64,000 nt of DNA from assembly GCA_963668175.1 (NCBI GenBank), contig OY764159.1, positions 1,376,001-1,440,000 of the forward strand, read 5' to 3'. The notes beneath the pieces are model-generated. The model searched no databases. It was not told where the DNA came from and worked only from the letters and a program-made list of their open reading frames with translations. Shown piece by piece: positions 1 to 9,327 of the stretch (position 1 is the first letter of the stretch; every line of letters starts with the position of its first letter). A program made the position numbers and the translations under genes. Source of the DNA: Syntrophales bacterium (GTDB taxonomy: Bacteria; Desulfobacterota; Syntrophia; Syntrophales; PHBD01).

Positions 1-916
1 CTTTGCAACCCATCTTGTACAGGCACCAACCGCGTTTGGCGCCGTCATCACCCCACTGTTCAACAAATTCAGCACCGTCGTAATGAGGACGTCTTTCACA
101 GAAGTCGTGAATCCTCTTTCCGTAAGCCCAGACCGGCCTTCCCAGGTTGTCCAGGGCGGGCAGACCGCCGAACATGAGGAAATGCAGGACGGTCCCCACA
201 AAGTTGATCGGGTTGGGCGGGCAGCCGGCGATATTGACCGTCTGGACGCCTCCTAGGGCCTCGCTGATGCCGACGGCATCGGTCGGATTCGGTTTGGCCG
301 ACGGTACGTTCCCGAATGCGGCGCAACTGCCCATGGAGATCGTGGCCATCGCTTTGGAGACGACTTCCTTGGCGATCTGGATGCCCGTTTTTCCTTTCGA
401 GCCCAGCCTCAAGTATTGCCCGTTCAGACCGCGCGGCAATGCACCTTCGATGACGCACACAAATTTGCCTGGAAAATCGTGCAGACACTTCTCCAGGCAC
501 AGCTCCGCCTGGTCGCCGGCAGCGGCCATCAGTGTCTCGTGATATTCGAGGGATATCGTGTCCAGGAGTATCGTGTCCACGTTCGGATAGGACGACCGAA
601 GCAACGCCTCGCTGCAACCGGTGCATTCGGCGAACTGCAGCCAGACCACCGGGAGGCGGCTGAATTGCTCGGCGGCCTTGGCCACCATCGGTTTGAATAT
701 CGGCGGCAGCATGAGCGCCCCCGTCATGACCGACGTCCACTTCATGAAACTTCTTCTGCTGATTCCGCGCTCTTTCAGGAGTCCATCAAAATTCTCCACC
801 GGCGGCGGCAGTTCCCGGTCCATCTTTTCCATGTGGACCTTGCACTTGTCCATCAACTGCCGATACTGCGAGGAAATCATCTTGTTGTACTCAGAGCTCT
901 TTACAAAACCACCCAT
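1..916 (-). CDS. Periplasmic group 1 [NiFe]-hydrogenase small subunit, Tat-exported (3' part runs off the window)
   Basis: Not in the ORF track; translated by hand from ATG 916 (SD GAAAGGGGG). Contains Tat motif ISRRSFMKW, VVWLQFAECTGCSEALLR, GSCAAFG, NIAGCPPNP, HDFCERR and WCLYKMGCK at the window edge. Confidence 0.95.
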   Translation of the reverse strand, partial: MGGFVKSSEYNKMISSQYRQLMDKCKVHMEKMDRELPPPVENFDGLLKERGISRRSFMKWTSVMTGALMLPPIFKPMVAKAAEQFSRLPVVWLQFAECTGCSEALLRSSYPNVDTILLDTISLEYHETLMAAAGDQAELCLEKCLHDFPGKFVCVIEGALPRGLNGQYLRLGSKGKTGIQIAKEVVSKAMATISMGSCAAFGNVPSAKPNPTDAVGISEALGGVQTVNIAGCPPNPINFVGTVLHFLMFGGLPALDNLGRPVWAYGKRIHDFCERRPHYDGAEFVEQWGDDGAKRGWCLYKMGCK

Positions 917-1019
917 AAGACCCCCTTTCAAAGTACGTAAAATCTTTCAATCAGGACCTTCTCCGCCTGATTGTAGTCTGTTTTGGGAAAAAAAAGGAAG
1001 CTTTCGATCCACCACTAAA

Positions 1020-1074
1020 ACGCATGCCATTTATGGCATAACGCGGCATTTGTCAAGTTATAAATAACATAACA
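1020..1074. promoter_or_regulatory. Tandem ModE-type palindromic operator candidates upstream of the hydrogenase
   Basis: ATGCCA-TTTA-TGGCAT-AACG (1024-1043) plus a degenerate copy 31 nt away (AAGTTA-TAAA-TAACAT-AACA). Same architecture as the 2237-2260 site. Confidence 0.5.
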
Positions 1075-1146
1075 GACTGTTATTCTTGCGATGATTGGCT
1101 GTACGATACGCCGTCGATCGGCTGACAGCCGCGTCTGGTTTTGTTT

Positions 1147-1162
1147 TGCACCCTTCATGCCA
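1147..1162 (-). promoter_or_regulatory. Putative sigma-54 (-24/-12) promoter for the hydrogenase operon
   Basis: Minus strand reads TGGCATGAAGGGTGCA, with GG and GC at the canonical spacing. Confidence 0.5.
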
Positions 1163-1279
1163 CGATATCCTTATTCCTGCAAGGAATATTATTCATTTTC
1201 ATTACGAATGAATCTCGGCCGCGTCACCCCTTACCCATGAGCGGGTCGTAATGCATTTGTTGCCAGCTCATGTCAGCTG

Positions 1280-1609
1280 TTATGAAAACAACGGCGGGGC
1301 GCGGTTTTCCAGGAAAGCGGAGATGTAGATCTTCTTAAGAAGTGAAGGCGCATGCGTACGGGGAACCAACCCTTTGCCCATAAAGGGGGGCGGTTCAGAG
1401 GGAGTGACTATCCATACGTCGAGCGGTGGATATTTCGAACAATCGTCATCGTAACAGCAATCGGTGAGGCTGGGAGTGATCCCGATGTCGGCCACCTTGA
1501 CAAAGGCATCGCCGATACTGCAGGCAGCGGCGTACAGCAGGAAAAACGAGACAGCGACGGCGAGTACGGCTCGACGGCTTTTTCTTAGTTGCGGTAAAAA
1601 ACGGAACAT
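1280..1609 (-). CDS. Small membrane/secretion-targeted protein with C-terminal RAPP motif (arrest-peptide-like)
   Basis: 109 aa with a basic then hydrophobic N-terminus, DCCYDDDC, and C-terminus ENRAPPLFS*. No obvious SD. Confidence 0.6.
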   Translation of the reverse strand: MFRFLPQLRKSRRAVLAVAVSFFLLYAAACSIGDAFVKVADIGITPSLTDCCYDDDCSKYPPLDVWIVTPSEPPPFMGKGLVPRTHAPSLLKKIYISAFLENRAPPLFS

Positions 1610-1692
1610 AGCTGACCGCGCAAATATTTTTAAAAAGCTCTACGCGATTTGTGATGCAGAGTCAATGGAAATCATAGTCCCCGGAGAAAGAC

Positions 1693-2040
1693 TTACGTGG
1701 CGTCTCCTTCATCTTTGGCGACGGCCATAAGCTCCATGCTGGCCTTGTCCAGCATGGCATCGATAGTCTTGTCGAGCTCGTCGAATTTTCTGATGAGAAG
1801 ACGTGCTGCCTCCGTCAGGTGCATGCCCTTTCCGGAAGGTTCGACCTCGACGAGTTTAATTCCCATGCGGTCTTCCGAGGCTTTCAGGCGGCCCCAGGCA
1901 GCCCGGTAGGACATATTCAGCTTCTTGGCGGCGGCATTGAGGCTGTGACACTCGTCGATGGCCTTGAGGAGTTCATCCCTGCCTTTGCCGAAAATGACTT
2001 TGCCGCCCTTTTCCAGCCAGAGCTTGTGCATCATTCTCAT
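1693..2040 (-). CDS. ModE-family winged-helix transcriptional regulator (DNA-binding domain only)
   Basis: KLWLEKGGKVIFGKGRDELLKAIDECHSLNAAAKKLNMSYRAAWGRLK is the ModE N-terminal signature. No TOBE/Mop domains. Start moved to ATG 2040. Confidence 0.88.
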   Translation of the reverse strand: MRMMHKLWLEKGGKVIFGKGRDELLKAIDECHSLNAAAKKLNMSYRAAWGRLKASEDRMGIKLVEVEPSGKGMHLTEAARLLIRKFDELDKTIDAMLDKASMELMAVAKDEGDAT

Positions 2041-2236
2041 CGGTAAGCCTTCATTGCCATGATAAATTTCTGTGTTTATTAACTTTGTAGCATAAATGAC
2101 GGTTTCCGGCAAATGTTAAACGCACAATAATTCGTCCTTGTCCGTGTACGCTCAAGGCAGAGGCCGCCGAACCATCCCGTATCTCCGGAAGGCTGGAACA
2201 AGTGCATGCCGTGACCGTTCTGACCAGAGAATCCAG

Positions 2237-2260
2237 CCATATGTCAAAAATGACATAAGC
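2237..2260. promoter_or_regulatory. Palindromic operator TATGTCA-AAAA-TGACATA between the modE-like gene and fdnG
   Basis: Perfect 7-bp inverted repeat at 2240-2257, upstream of a TTGACA at 2295. Confidence 0.6.
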
Positions 2261-2294
2261 CTCAGAAATTATTACATTAATTTTCTTAATTTCC

Positions 2295-2323
2295 TTGACA
2301 GCACCCGGCATAAAATGTATATC
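2295..2323 (+). promoter_or_regulatory. Putative sigma-70 promoter of the fdn operon
   Basis: TTGACA-N17-TATATC. Confidence 0.45.
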
Positions 2324-2487
2324 CGCAACGCTGAGGCGGCCTGTCGCTGCCGGTACTTACCTCCAATCCATCGATCCAGACAGTTGTTTTCCCCCCCGGC
2401 GATCCCGGTAAGCTTTTTTATGGCAAAGGCGGTCCGGTACGGGTGGAATAATGATTCATTATCATGAATAAAGATTGAAAGGAGCGC

Positions 2488-5400
2488 ATGAACATGGATG
2501 TAACCAGAAGAGGTTTCTTGAAGCTCTCCGGGTCGGTTCTTGCGGCAAGCGGCGTCGGCGTCAGCCTGAAGCCCGTTTCCGCATACGCCGCCCCGCTGAA
2601 GGTCCAGTATGCTAAAGAAACCACAACGATTTGCCCCTATTGTTCGGTTGGATGCAGCATCATTGTTTCCGTGCGGAACGGTAAGGTGGTCAATACGGAA
2701 GGCGATCCTGACAGCCCGATCAACCAAGGATCGTTATGCACCAAAGGCGGCTCCATCTACCAGATGTCCGTCAACGAAAACCGGCTGGGCAAGCCCCTCT
2801 ACCGCGCCCCGTATGCCACCGAATGGAAAGAGGTGGACTGGGAGTTCGCCCTGGACAAGATTGCCAGGAATATCAAGACCAGCCGGGACAAGAGTTTCAA
2901 GTTCAAAAACGATAAGGGCGAAACCGTCAACCGCACGGAAGGCATCGCGTCCGTGGGAAGCGCCGCGATGGACCTGGAAGAATGCTTCGTCTACCAGAAA
3001 TTCTTAAGGGGGTTGGGTCTGGTCTATATCGAACACCAGGCCCGTATCTGACACAGCCCGACTGTACCGGCTCTGGCAGAGTCGTTCGGACGCGGCGCGA
3101 TGACGAATCACTGGAACGATTTCGCAAACAGTGATGTGATATTAATCATGGGCAGCAACCCTGCCTCCAACCATCCCGTTTCCTTCAAATGGATCACCAA
3201 GGCCGTGGAGAAGGGCGCCAAGATCATCTGCGTTGACCCCCGGTTTACGCAGTCTGCTGCCAAATCGCACGTTTACGCCCCTCTCCGCTCCGGGACGGAT
3301 ATCGCCTTCCTGGGCGGCATGATCAAGTATATCATCGACAATAAGCTCTACCAGGAAGAATACGTTAAACACTATACCAATGCATCTTTCCTGGTCAATC
3401 CGGCCTTCAAGCTTCCCGGAGACAACGACGGTGTCTTCTCGGGGCTCACGGGCGGGAAGTACGACAAGGCGACATGGTCGTACCAGACGGACGGCAAGGG
3501 CGTCATTAAGAAGGACCCGACGCTTACCGATCCGCACTGCGTTTTTCAGCTCCTGAAGAAACACTATTCCCGCTATACCCCGGAGATGGTCCACAAAATC
3601 ACCGGGACGCCGGCGGACAAACTGGTCGAAATTTACAAGCTCTACGGTTCGACGGGCAAGCCGGACAAGGCCGGCGTCGAGCTCTACGCCATGGGCTGGA
3701 CGCAGCATACCGTCGGGACGCAAATCATCCGGACGATGTGCATGACCCAGCTTCTCTTGGGCAACATGGGCGTTGCCGGCGGCGGCGTCGCGGCCATGCG
3801 GGGCGAGTCCAACGTCCAGGGATCGACCGACCACGGCCTACTGTTCCATATCTGGCCCGGTTACCTTGCGGCGCCGACGGCTTCGATGGGCACCCTGAAA
3901 GAGTACAACGAGAAGAAGACGCCGACGACGAAAGAGCCCAACAGCCTGAACTGGTGGAAGAACTATCCCAAATATTCGGCCAGTTATATGCGCGCCGTCT
4001 ACGGGAAGAATGCCACCCTCGAAGAGGCCTATGCCTATATGCCCAAGCTCGACGACGGGGCCAACTACTCGTGGCTTGTGCTCTTCGACCAGATGTACAA
4101 GGAAAAGTTCACCGGGTTCTTCGCCTGGGGCATGAACCCCGCGTGCAGCGGCGCCCATTCCAACAAGGTCCGGCAGGCCCTGGGCAAGCTGGACTGGATG
4201 GTCAACGTCAACCTCTTCGACAACGAGACCGGCTCCTTCTGGAGAGGTCCGGGCATGGACCCCACGAAGATCAAAACCGAAGTCTTCATGCTGCCCTGTG
4301 CCTCGTCCATCGAGAAGGAAGGCAGCCTCGCCAACAGCAGCCGCCTCATGCAATGGCGCTACAAGGCGGTCGAGCCGCCCGGAATCGCCCTTCCCGATGC
4401 GGATATCATGAGCGATCTCTATTTGCGGCTCAAGGAGCTCTACGAGAAGGAAGGCGGCCCCCTGAAAGAGGCCCTCACAAAGATGACCTGGCCCTACGGC
4501 AAAAAGGTCGGCGCCCACTACCATTTCGATCCCCATGCGGCGGCCAAGGAGATCAACGGGTTCTTCCTGGAGGACAAGAAAGTCGAGAATCCCACCAAGA
4601 AGGGCGATTTCAAGGAATTCAAGAAAGGCGATCCCGTTCCCACGTTCGCCTGGCTGCAGGATGACGGGTCAACCTCTTCCGGCTGCTGGGTCTATTGCGG
4701 TTCTTATGGAGCCACCAACATGGCCGCCCGGCGCGGAACGAAAGACGCCTCCGGCATCGGCCTCTATTCCGACTGGGCCTGGTCCTGGCCGGTGAACCGC
4801 CGCATCATCTATAACGGCGCCTCCGTCGATCCCAAGGGCAATCCTTGGGACCCCAAGCGGGCCGTCATCAAGTGGAACGGCGAGAAGTGGGTCGGCGACG
4901 TACCCGACGGAGCGGGAGATCCCGGTTCCGGCCGGCCGCCTTTCATCATGAAGCCGGACGGTGTGGGCAGCCTCTACGGCCCCGGCCTGGTGGACGGGCC
5001 TTTCCCCGAGCATTACGAGCCCCTGGAATGTCCGGTGGAGAAGAATTTCCTGTCTCCCCAGAAGCATAATCCGGTCATCAAGCGTTTCGACAAGCCGGGC
5101 GTGGGCTCCGACCTCGACGTTTACTCCAACGTGGCAAGCTGCGATCCCCGCTTCCCCATCGTCTGCTCGACCTACCGGATCAGCGAGCACTGGCAGACGG
5201 GTGTCCTGACCCGCTGGTGTCCGTGGCTGGCAGAAATGCAGCCGGAAATGTGGTGCGAGATGAGCCTGGAGCTGGCGACGGAGAAGGGCATCAAGAACGG
5301 CGAGAAGGTGGTCGTCAAATCGGCAAGAGGCGAAGTCGAAGCCGTGGCGATCGTCACGTCCCGCTTCAAGCCTTTCAACATCAGCGGCAACACGATCCAT

Positions 5401-5595
5401 GAAGTCGGCATCCCCTGGCATTTCGGCTGGATTACAACCATGGACAGGAAATACTCCCCGGGCGACAAGAAGGCCAAGGTGTTCACCAAGGGCGACGCGG
5501 CGAATCTCCTCGTCCCGACCATCGGCGACGCCAACACCATGATCCCGGAAAGCAAGGCTTTCATGGTCAATGTGATGAAGAAGGGGGTGAATTAA
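2488..5595 (+). CDS. fdnG: Formate dehydrogenase-N alpha subunit, selenocysteine-containing (Mo/W-bis-PGD), Tat-exported; 1035 aa with Sec188
   Basis: Tat motif TRRGFLK and CPYCSVGC...C 4Fe-4S motif. In-frame TGA at 3049-3051 in EHQARI-U-HSPTVPALAESFGRGAMTNHW joins ORFs 2488..3051 and 3100..5595. Confidence 0.97.
3052..3090 (+). promoter_or_regulatory. SECIS element of fdnG
   Basis: Hairpin CGGCTCT-GGC-AGAGTCG (3068-3084) just 3' of the Sec TGA. Confidence 0.8.
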
Positions 5596-5597
5596 TC

Positions 5598-6401
5598 ATG
5601 GCTGATATCGTGAAACTCATCGATGTATCGAAATGCACCGGATGCCGCGGCTGCCAGTTGGCCTGCAAGCAGTGGAACCAGATGCCGGCGCGGCAGACGA
5701 CGAATTATGGGACATACCAGAATCCGCCGGACCTGCAATGGAACACCTGGACGCTGATACGGTTCCAGGAGATTCCCGACAAGGACCGGGTCAAGTGGGT
5801 CTTCCGGAAGGACGGCTGCATGCACTGCACCGACGCCGCCTGCGTCAAGGTCTGTCCCAGCGGTGCCCTTTTTTATTCGGAACTGGGGACGGTCGGTCTC
5901 AACAAGGAACGCTGCATCGGCTGTAAGGAATGCGTCTCCGCCTGTCCCTTCGAGATCCCCAGGTACGACAATTTGACGGACAAGATCTACAAGTGCGATC
6001 TCTGCCTGTCGCGTCTCCAGAGCGATCTGACCCCGGCCTGCGTCAAGGCGTGCCCGACGGGTACCCTGACCTTCGGCGACAAGGAGAAGCTTCTGAAAAA
6101 GGCCTATGCCCGCGTAGAGGAACTGAAGAAGGAGGGCTTTGCCGACGCGAACGTATACGGGGACAAGTTCGTCAAGGGGACGCACGTGATGTACGTCCTG
6201 GACGAGAAGCCGTCCGTGTACGACAAGCTGCCGACGAGCCCGTCGGTGCCGCTGGCGGTCGTTCTCTGGAAGGACTTCCTGAAGCCGCTCAGCTTAATTG
6301 CGGCGGGCGGCGTGATAGCGGGCTCGTTCCTGCATTACATCATCCACGGGCCGAAACTGCCCGACGAAGAGCCCCGAGACAACGGCAAAGGAGGTGAATA
6401 G
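5598..6401 (+). CDS. fdnH: Formate dehydrogenase iron-sulfur beta subunit
   Basis: Four ferredoxin-type Cys motifs (CTGCRGCQLAC, CMHCTDAAC, CIGCKECVSAC, CDLC) and a C-terminal TM anchor. Confidence 0.95.
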   Translation: MADIVKLIDVSKCTGCRGCQLACKQWNQMPARQTTNYGTYQNPPDLQWNTWTLIRFQEIPDKDRVKWVFRKDGCMHCTDAACVKVCPSGALFYSELGTVGLNKERCIGCKECVSACPFEIPRYDNLTDKIYKCDLCLSRLQSDLTPACVKACPTGTLTFGDKEKLLKKAYARVEELKKEGFADANVYGDKFVKGTHVMYVLDEKPSVYDKLPTSPSVPLAVVLWKDFLKPLSLIAAGGVIAGSFLHYIIHGPKLPDEEPRDNGKGGE

Positions 6402-6403
6402 CC

Positions 6404-7069
6404 ATGAGAAAAGGACTTATTCAGGTAACGGACGCCTTTGAAAGGATCGTCCACTGGTCTTTGGCCGCTTCCTGCCTGATCCTGTGCATTACGGGACTGG
6501 GGATGATGTTCCATTCGCTGAACTTCATCGGCGACATCATGGGCGGGTTGAAATCGTTGAAGTACGTTCACAACTTTACGGGGGTCTTTTTCGCCTTTGC
6601 CCTGGCGTTCACGATCGGGATGTGGTGGAAGGAGGCGGGCATTTTTTCGATGCCCGAGGACCTGGACTGGATCATGTGCGGGGGCGGGTACGTCTGGCAT
6701 GTGGACAAGGTTCCGGAAGTGGGGAAGTACAATCCGGGTCAGAAGATGTTCTTCCTGGTGGTGGCGGGCTTCGGCGTGGTCATGGTGCTGACGGGTCTCG
6801 TGATGTGGTTTCCCTTGAGCTTTCCGTCATGGCTGGTGCGCTGGCTGTTTGTCCTGCACGCACTGGGCTTCGTGGCGATCTTTGCCTTTTTCTTCGTCCA
6901 TCTGTACCTGGGGACGGTGGGATCGCCGGGATCGTTGCCGGCGATGCTGACGGGCTGGGTGACGCGTGCGTGGCTTGCCAAGCAGCACCCCAAGTGGTTG
7001 AAGGAGATGGAGCACGAAGGGAAGCTCGTCGTCTACGGCGAAGAGAAGAAATCGGCCCACGGCCACTAG
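6404..7069 (+). CDS. fdnI: Formate dehydrogenase cytochrome b gamma subunit
   Basis: Four TM helices, ERIVHW, GKYNPGQK, conserved His ligands, and HPKW. Confidence 0.95.
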   Translation: MRKGLIQVTDAFERIVHWSLAASCLILCITGLGMMFHSLNFIGDIMGGLKSLKYVHNFTGVFFAFALAFTIGMWWKEAGIFSMPEDLDWIMCGGGYVWHVDKVPEVGKYNPGQKMFFLVVAGFGVVMVLTGLVMWFPLSFPSWLVRWLFVLHALGFVAIFAFFFVHLYLGTVGSPGSLPAMLTGWVTRAWLAKQHPKWLKEMEHEGKLVVYGEEKKSAHGH

Positions 7070-7128
7070 GCGGAAAGGTCTGCCGCCGGAAAGCGGTCTT
7101 TCTGTGAGACGCATTTGATGTTATAAAG

Positions 7129-7160
7129 AAGGCCTGCCTTGAAAGAGGCGGGCCTTTTGT
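7129..7160 (+). terminator. Rho-independent terminator after fdnI
   Basis: AAGGCCTGCCT-TGAAAG-AGGCGGGCCTT followed by a T-rich tract. Confidence 0.7.
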
Positions 7161-7199
7161 TGCCTGTCTGATAGACGGGCGGGTTTCGACAGGAGGTGG

Positions 7200-7784
7200 A
7201 TGATGAAGGCGAAACGGCGGTTGACGGCGGCCGCGGTCTGCTTTTCGGCATTATGTCTCTTTTGGTTCCCGGCGCAGGCGGCAGCACCGCCGGCTGTCGG
7301 CGGCGTCATGCCGGACATTGTGCTGGAGGTGCCCAAGGATTCAGGCGATCGCAGCTATCTGGGGCTCTCCTGGTGGGGCAAGACCTTCACGATACCGGCC
7401 GTCAAGGCCCGGGTCGTCATCATCGAAATATTCAGCATGTATTGCCCCTACTGCCAGGCGGAGGCTCCCAAGGTCAATGCGCTTTATGAGATGATCGAGG
7501 CCGATCCGGCCCTCAAGGGAAAGCTGAAGTTGATCGGGATCGGTGTGGGGAATTCGTCTTACGAGGTCGGCGTCTTCAAAAAAAGATATCAGATTCCGTT
7601 TCCGCTTTTTCCCGATGGGGGATTTGTCATCCATAAACAGGTGGGCGAGGTGCGGACGCCTTACTTCATAGGAATCAGGATAGAGGGCGACGGGTCCCAT
7701 AGGGTTTTCTTTTCCAGACTGGGGGCTTTCGACACGGCGGACGGATTTCTTAAAGACATGGTCAAACTTTCCGGTCTGAAGTAA
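7200..7784 (+). CDS. Exported TlpA/ResA-like thioredoxin-fold protein
   Basis: Signal peptide, [11 protein letters not shown]xxC motif, and RTPYF cis-Pro loop. Confidence 0.85.
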   Translation: MMKAKRRLTAAAVCFSALCLFWFPAQAAAPPAVGGVMPDIVLEVPKDSGDRSYLGLSWWGKTFTIPAVKARVVIIEIFSMYCPYCQAEAPKVNALYEMIEADPALKGKLKLIGIGVGNSSYEVGVFKKRYQIPFPLFPDGGFVIHKQVGEVRTPYFIGIRIEGDGSHRVFFSRLGAFDTADGFLKDMVKLSGLK

Positions 7785-7795
7785 GGAGGGCATGC

Positions 7796-8392
7796 ATGAA
7801 ATCGATTTATACCATCCTGTTTGCGGTCACCGCCGCCGCGGTCTTTGCGGCATCTCCCGCATCCGCCCGTTCCGACGCCTTCAAGGACAACATCTACAAT
7901 CCCGGCCGTCTCAAGCCGACCGACAGCGTGCTTAAGGTGAAAGCTGGGGACCCGGCTCCCGATTTTACACTTCCGGCCGTTGCCGGAGGGACGGTTACGC
8001 TCAGCCGCTTCAGGGGCAGTAAGAATGTGGTCCTGTCCTTCGTTCCCGCCGCCTGGACACCCGTCTGTTCCGACCAGTGGCCCGGGTATAATATCGTCAA
8101 GGACCTCTTCGACGCCCACGACGCGGTGCTTCTGGGAATTACGGTGGACAACATACCGACGCTCTTTTCCTGGACGAACCAGATGGGGCGGCTGTGGTTC
8201 CCCGTCCTTTCCGATTTCTATCCCCACGGCAAAGCGGCGGCTGCTTACGGCATCCTGCGGTCCGACGGCACGTCGGAGAGGGCGCTCTTCGTGATCGACA
8301 AGAAGGGCATCATCCGCTACATCGATGTCCACGACATCAACGAAAGGCCGTCCCTGGAAGCCCTGGCAAAAGAACTGGAAAAGCTGAAATAG
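7796..8392 (+). CDS. Exported peroxiredoxin (AhpC/TSA, AhpE-like 1-Cys)
   Basis: Signal peptide, [13 protein letters not shown] (PxxxTxxC), and [15 protein letters not shown]. Confidence 0.88.
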   Translation: MKSIYTILFAVTAAAVFAASPASARSDAFKDNIYNPGRLKPTDSVLKVKAGDPAPDFTLPAVAGGTVTLSRFRGSKNVVLSFVPAAWTPVCSDQWPGYNIVKDLFDAHDAVLLGITVDNIPTLFSWTNQMGRLWFPVLSDFYPHGKAAAAYGILRSDGTSERALFVIDKKGIIRYIDVHDINERPSLEALAKELEKLK

Positions 8393-8543
8393 GCGGCACT
8401 GCCGGATGAAGGCGGAGTCGATGCGATAAAAGCGGTCTTTCCGTCCGGTGTTTTTAATGCTATAAAGTAATCGTTTCTATTCCGGTTGCTGCACGTTCGT
8501 ATTGAAAAGGCGGCATCAAGGATTGCGAACGGAGAAGACTGTG

Positions 8544-9122
8544 ATGACGAAAAGGCCGATTTTGTATATGGCGGCATGTCTGCTCGCGTCGCTTTTCCTG
8601 GCGGCACCCGCCGGGGCGGCGTCGGTGCCGGCCGTCGGCGACAGTCTTCCGGACATTATCCTGGACGTTCCACAGGATACGGCAGATATGGGCTATCTGG
8701 GGCTGCCGCAAGGGGACACAACGTTCAGGCTGAAGGCGATCAAGGCCCGCGCCATGATCGTCGTCATATTCAACATCTATTGCCGCACATGTCAGGAGGA
8801 GGCACCCAATCTCAAGGTGCTCTACGAAAGGATTGCGGCCGATCCCGCTTCGGCGGGAAAGGTCAAGATCGTCGGGATCGGTATGGGCAATTCGGCTTAC
8901 GAGGTCGATAACTTCCGCAAGAGGTACCATATTCCCTTCCCGCTCTTTCCCGACAGGAAATTTACTGTCCATAAGCAGGTGGGCGAGGTGAGGACCCCGT
9001 ATCTCTTCGGCGTCAAGACGGGCGGCGACAGGTCTTTGCGCATCATATACTCCAGGGAGGGAGGCTTCCCGTCAGCGGACGAATTTCTCCGCCGGATCGT
9101 TCGCCTCTCCGGTCTGGAATAG
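8544..9122 (+). CDS. Second exported TlpA/ResA-like protein, paralog of 7200..7784
   Basis: FNIYCRTCQEE motif. Shares PDIxLx[14 protein letters not shown] and [11 protein letters not shown] with the upstream paralog. Start near 8541/8544 after GGAGA. Confidence 0.85.
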   Translation: MTKRPILYMAACLLASLFLAAPAGAASVPAVGDSLPDIILDVPQDTADMGYLGLPQGDTTFRLKAIKARAMIVVIFNIYCRTCQEEAPNLKVLYERIAADPASAGKVKIVGIGMGNSAYEVDNFRKRYHIPFPLFPDRKFTVHKQVGEVRTPYLFGVKTGGDRSLRIIYSREGGFPSADEFLRRIVRLSGLE

Positions 9123-9327
9123 ACGTTCGTGGACCCTGGTCTTCCCGGCATCCCGGTCCGGCTATTTTCGTCATCGACAAGCGGGCATTTATCCGCTATA
9201 GCGGCTCCCGGAATCAACGCAAGACCCTTCATAGAGGATCTCGCCGGATAAACGGAAAAATCGAAATAACGGGCACTGCCGGACGAGCCGGCGGAGGCTG
9301 TGATAGGAAAGGAAGCGGTCAAAAAGA

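Noticed and set aside
96..1067. ORF-track calls 96..740, 147..542, 416..940 and 621..1067
   Set aside because: All overlap the hydrogenase small subunit frame, which the track missed because it runs off the window.
3100..5595. Separate 831-aa gene, or fdnG as a pseudogene
   Set aside because: The TGA at 3049 is the canonical Sec position with a SECIS hairpin, so this is one gene.
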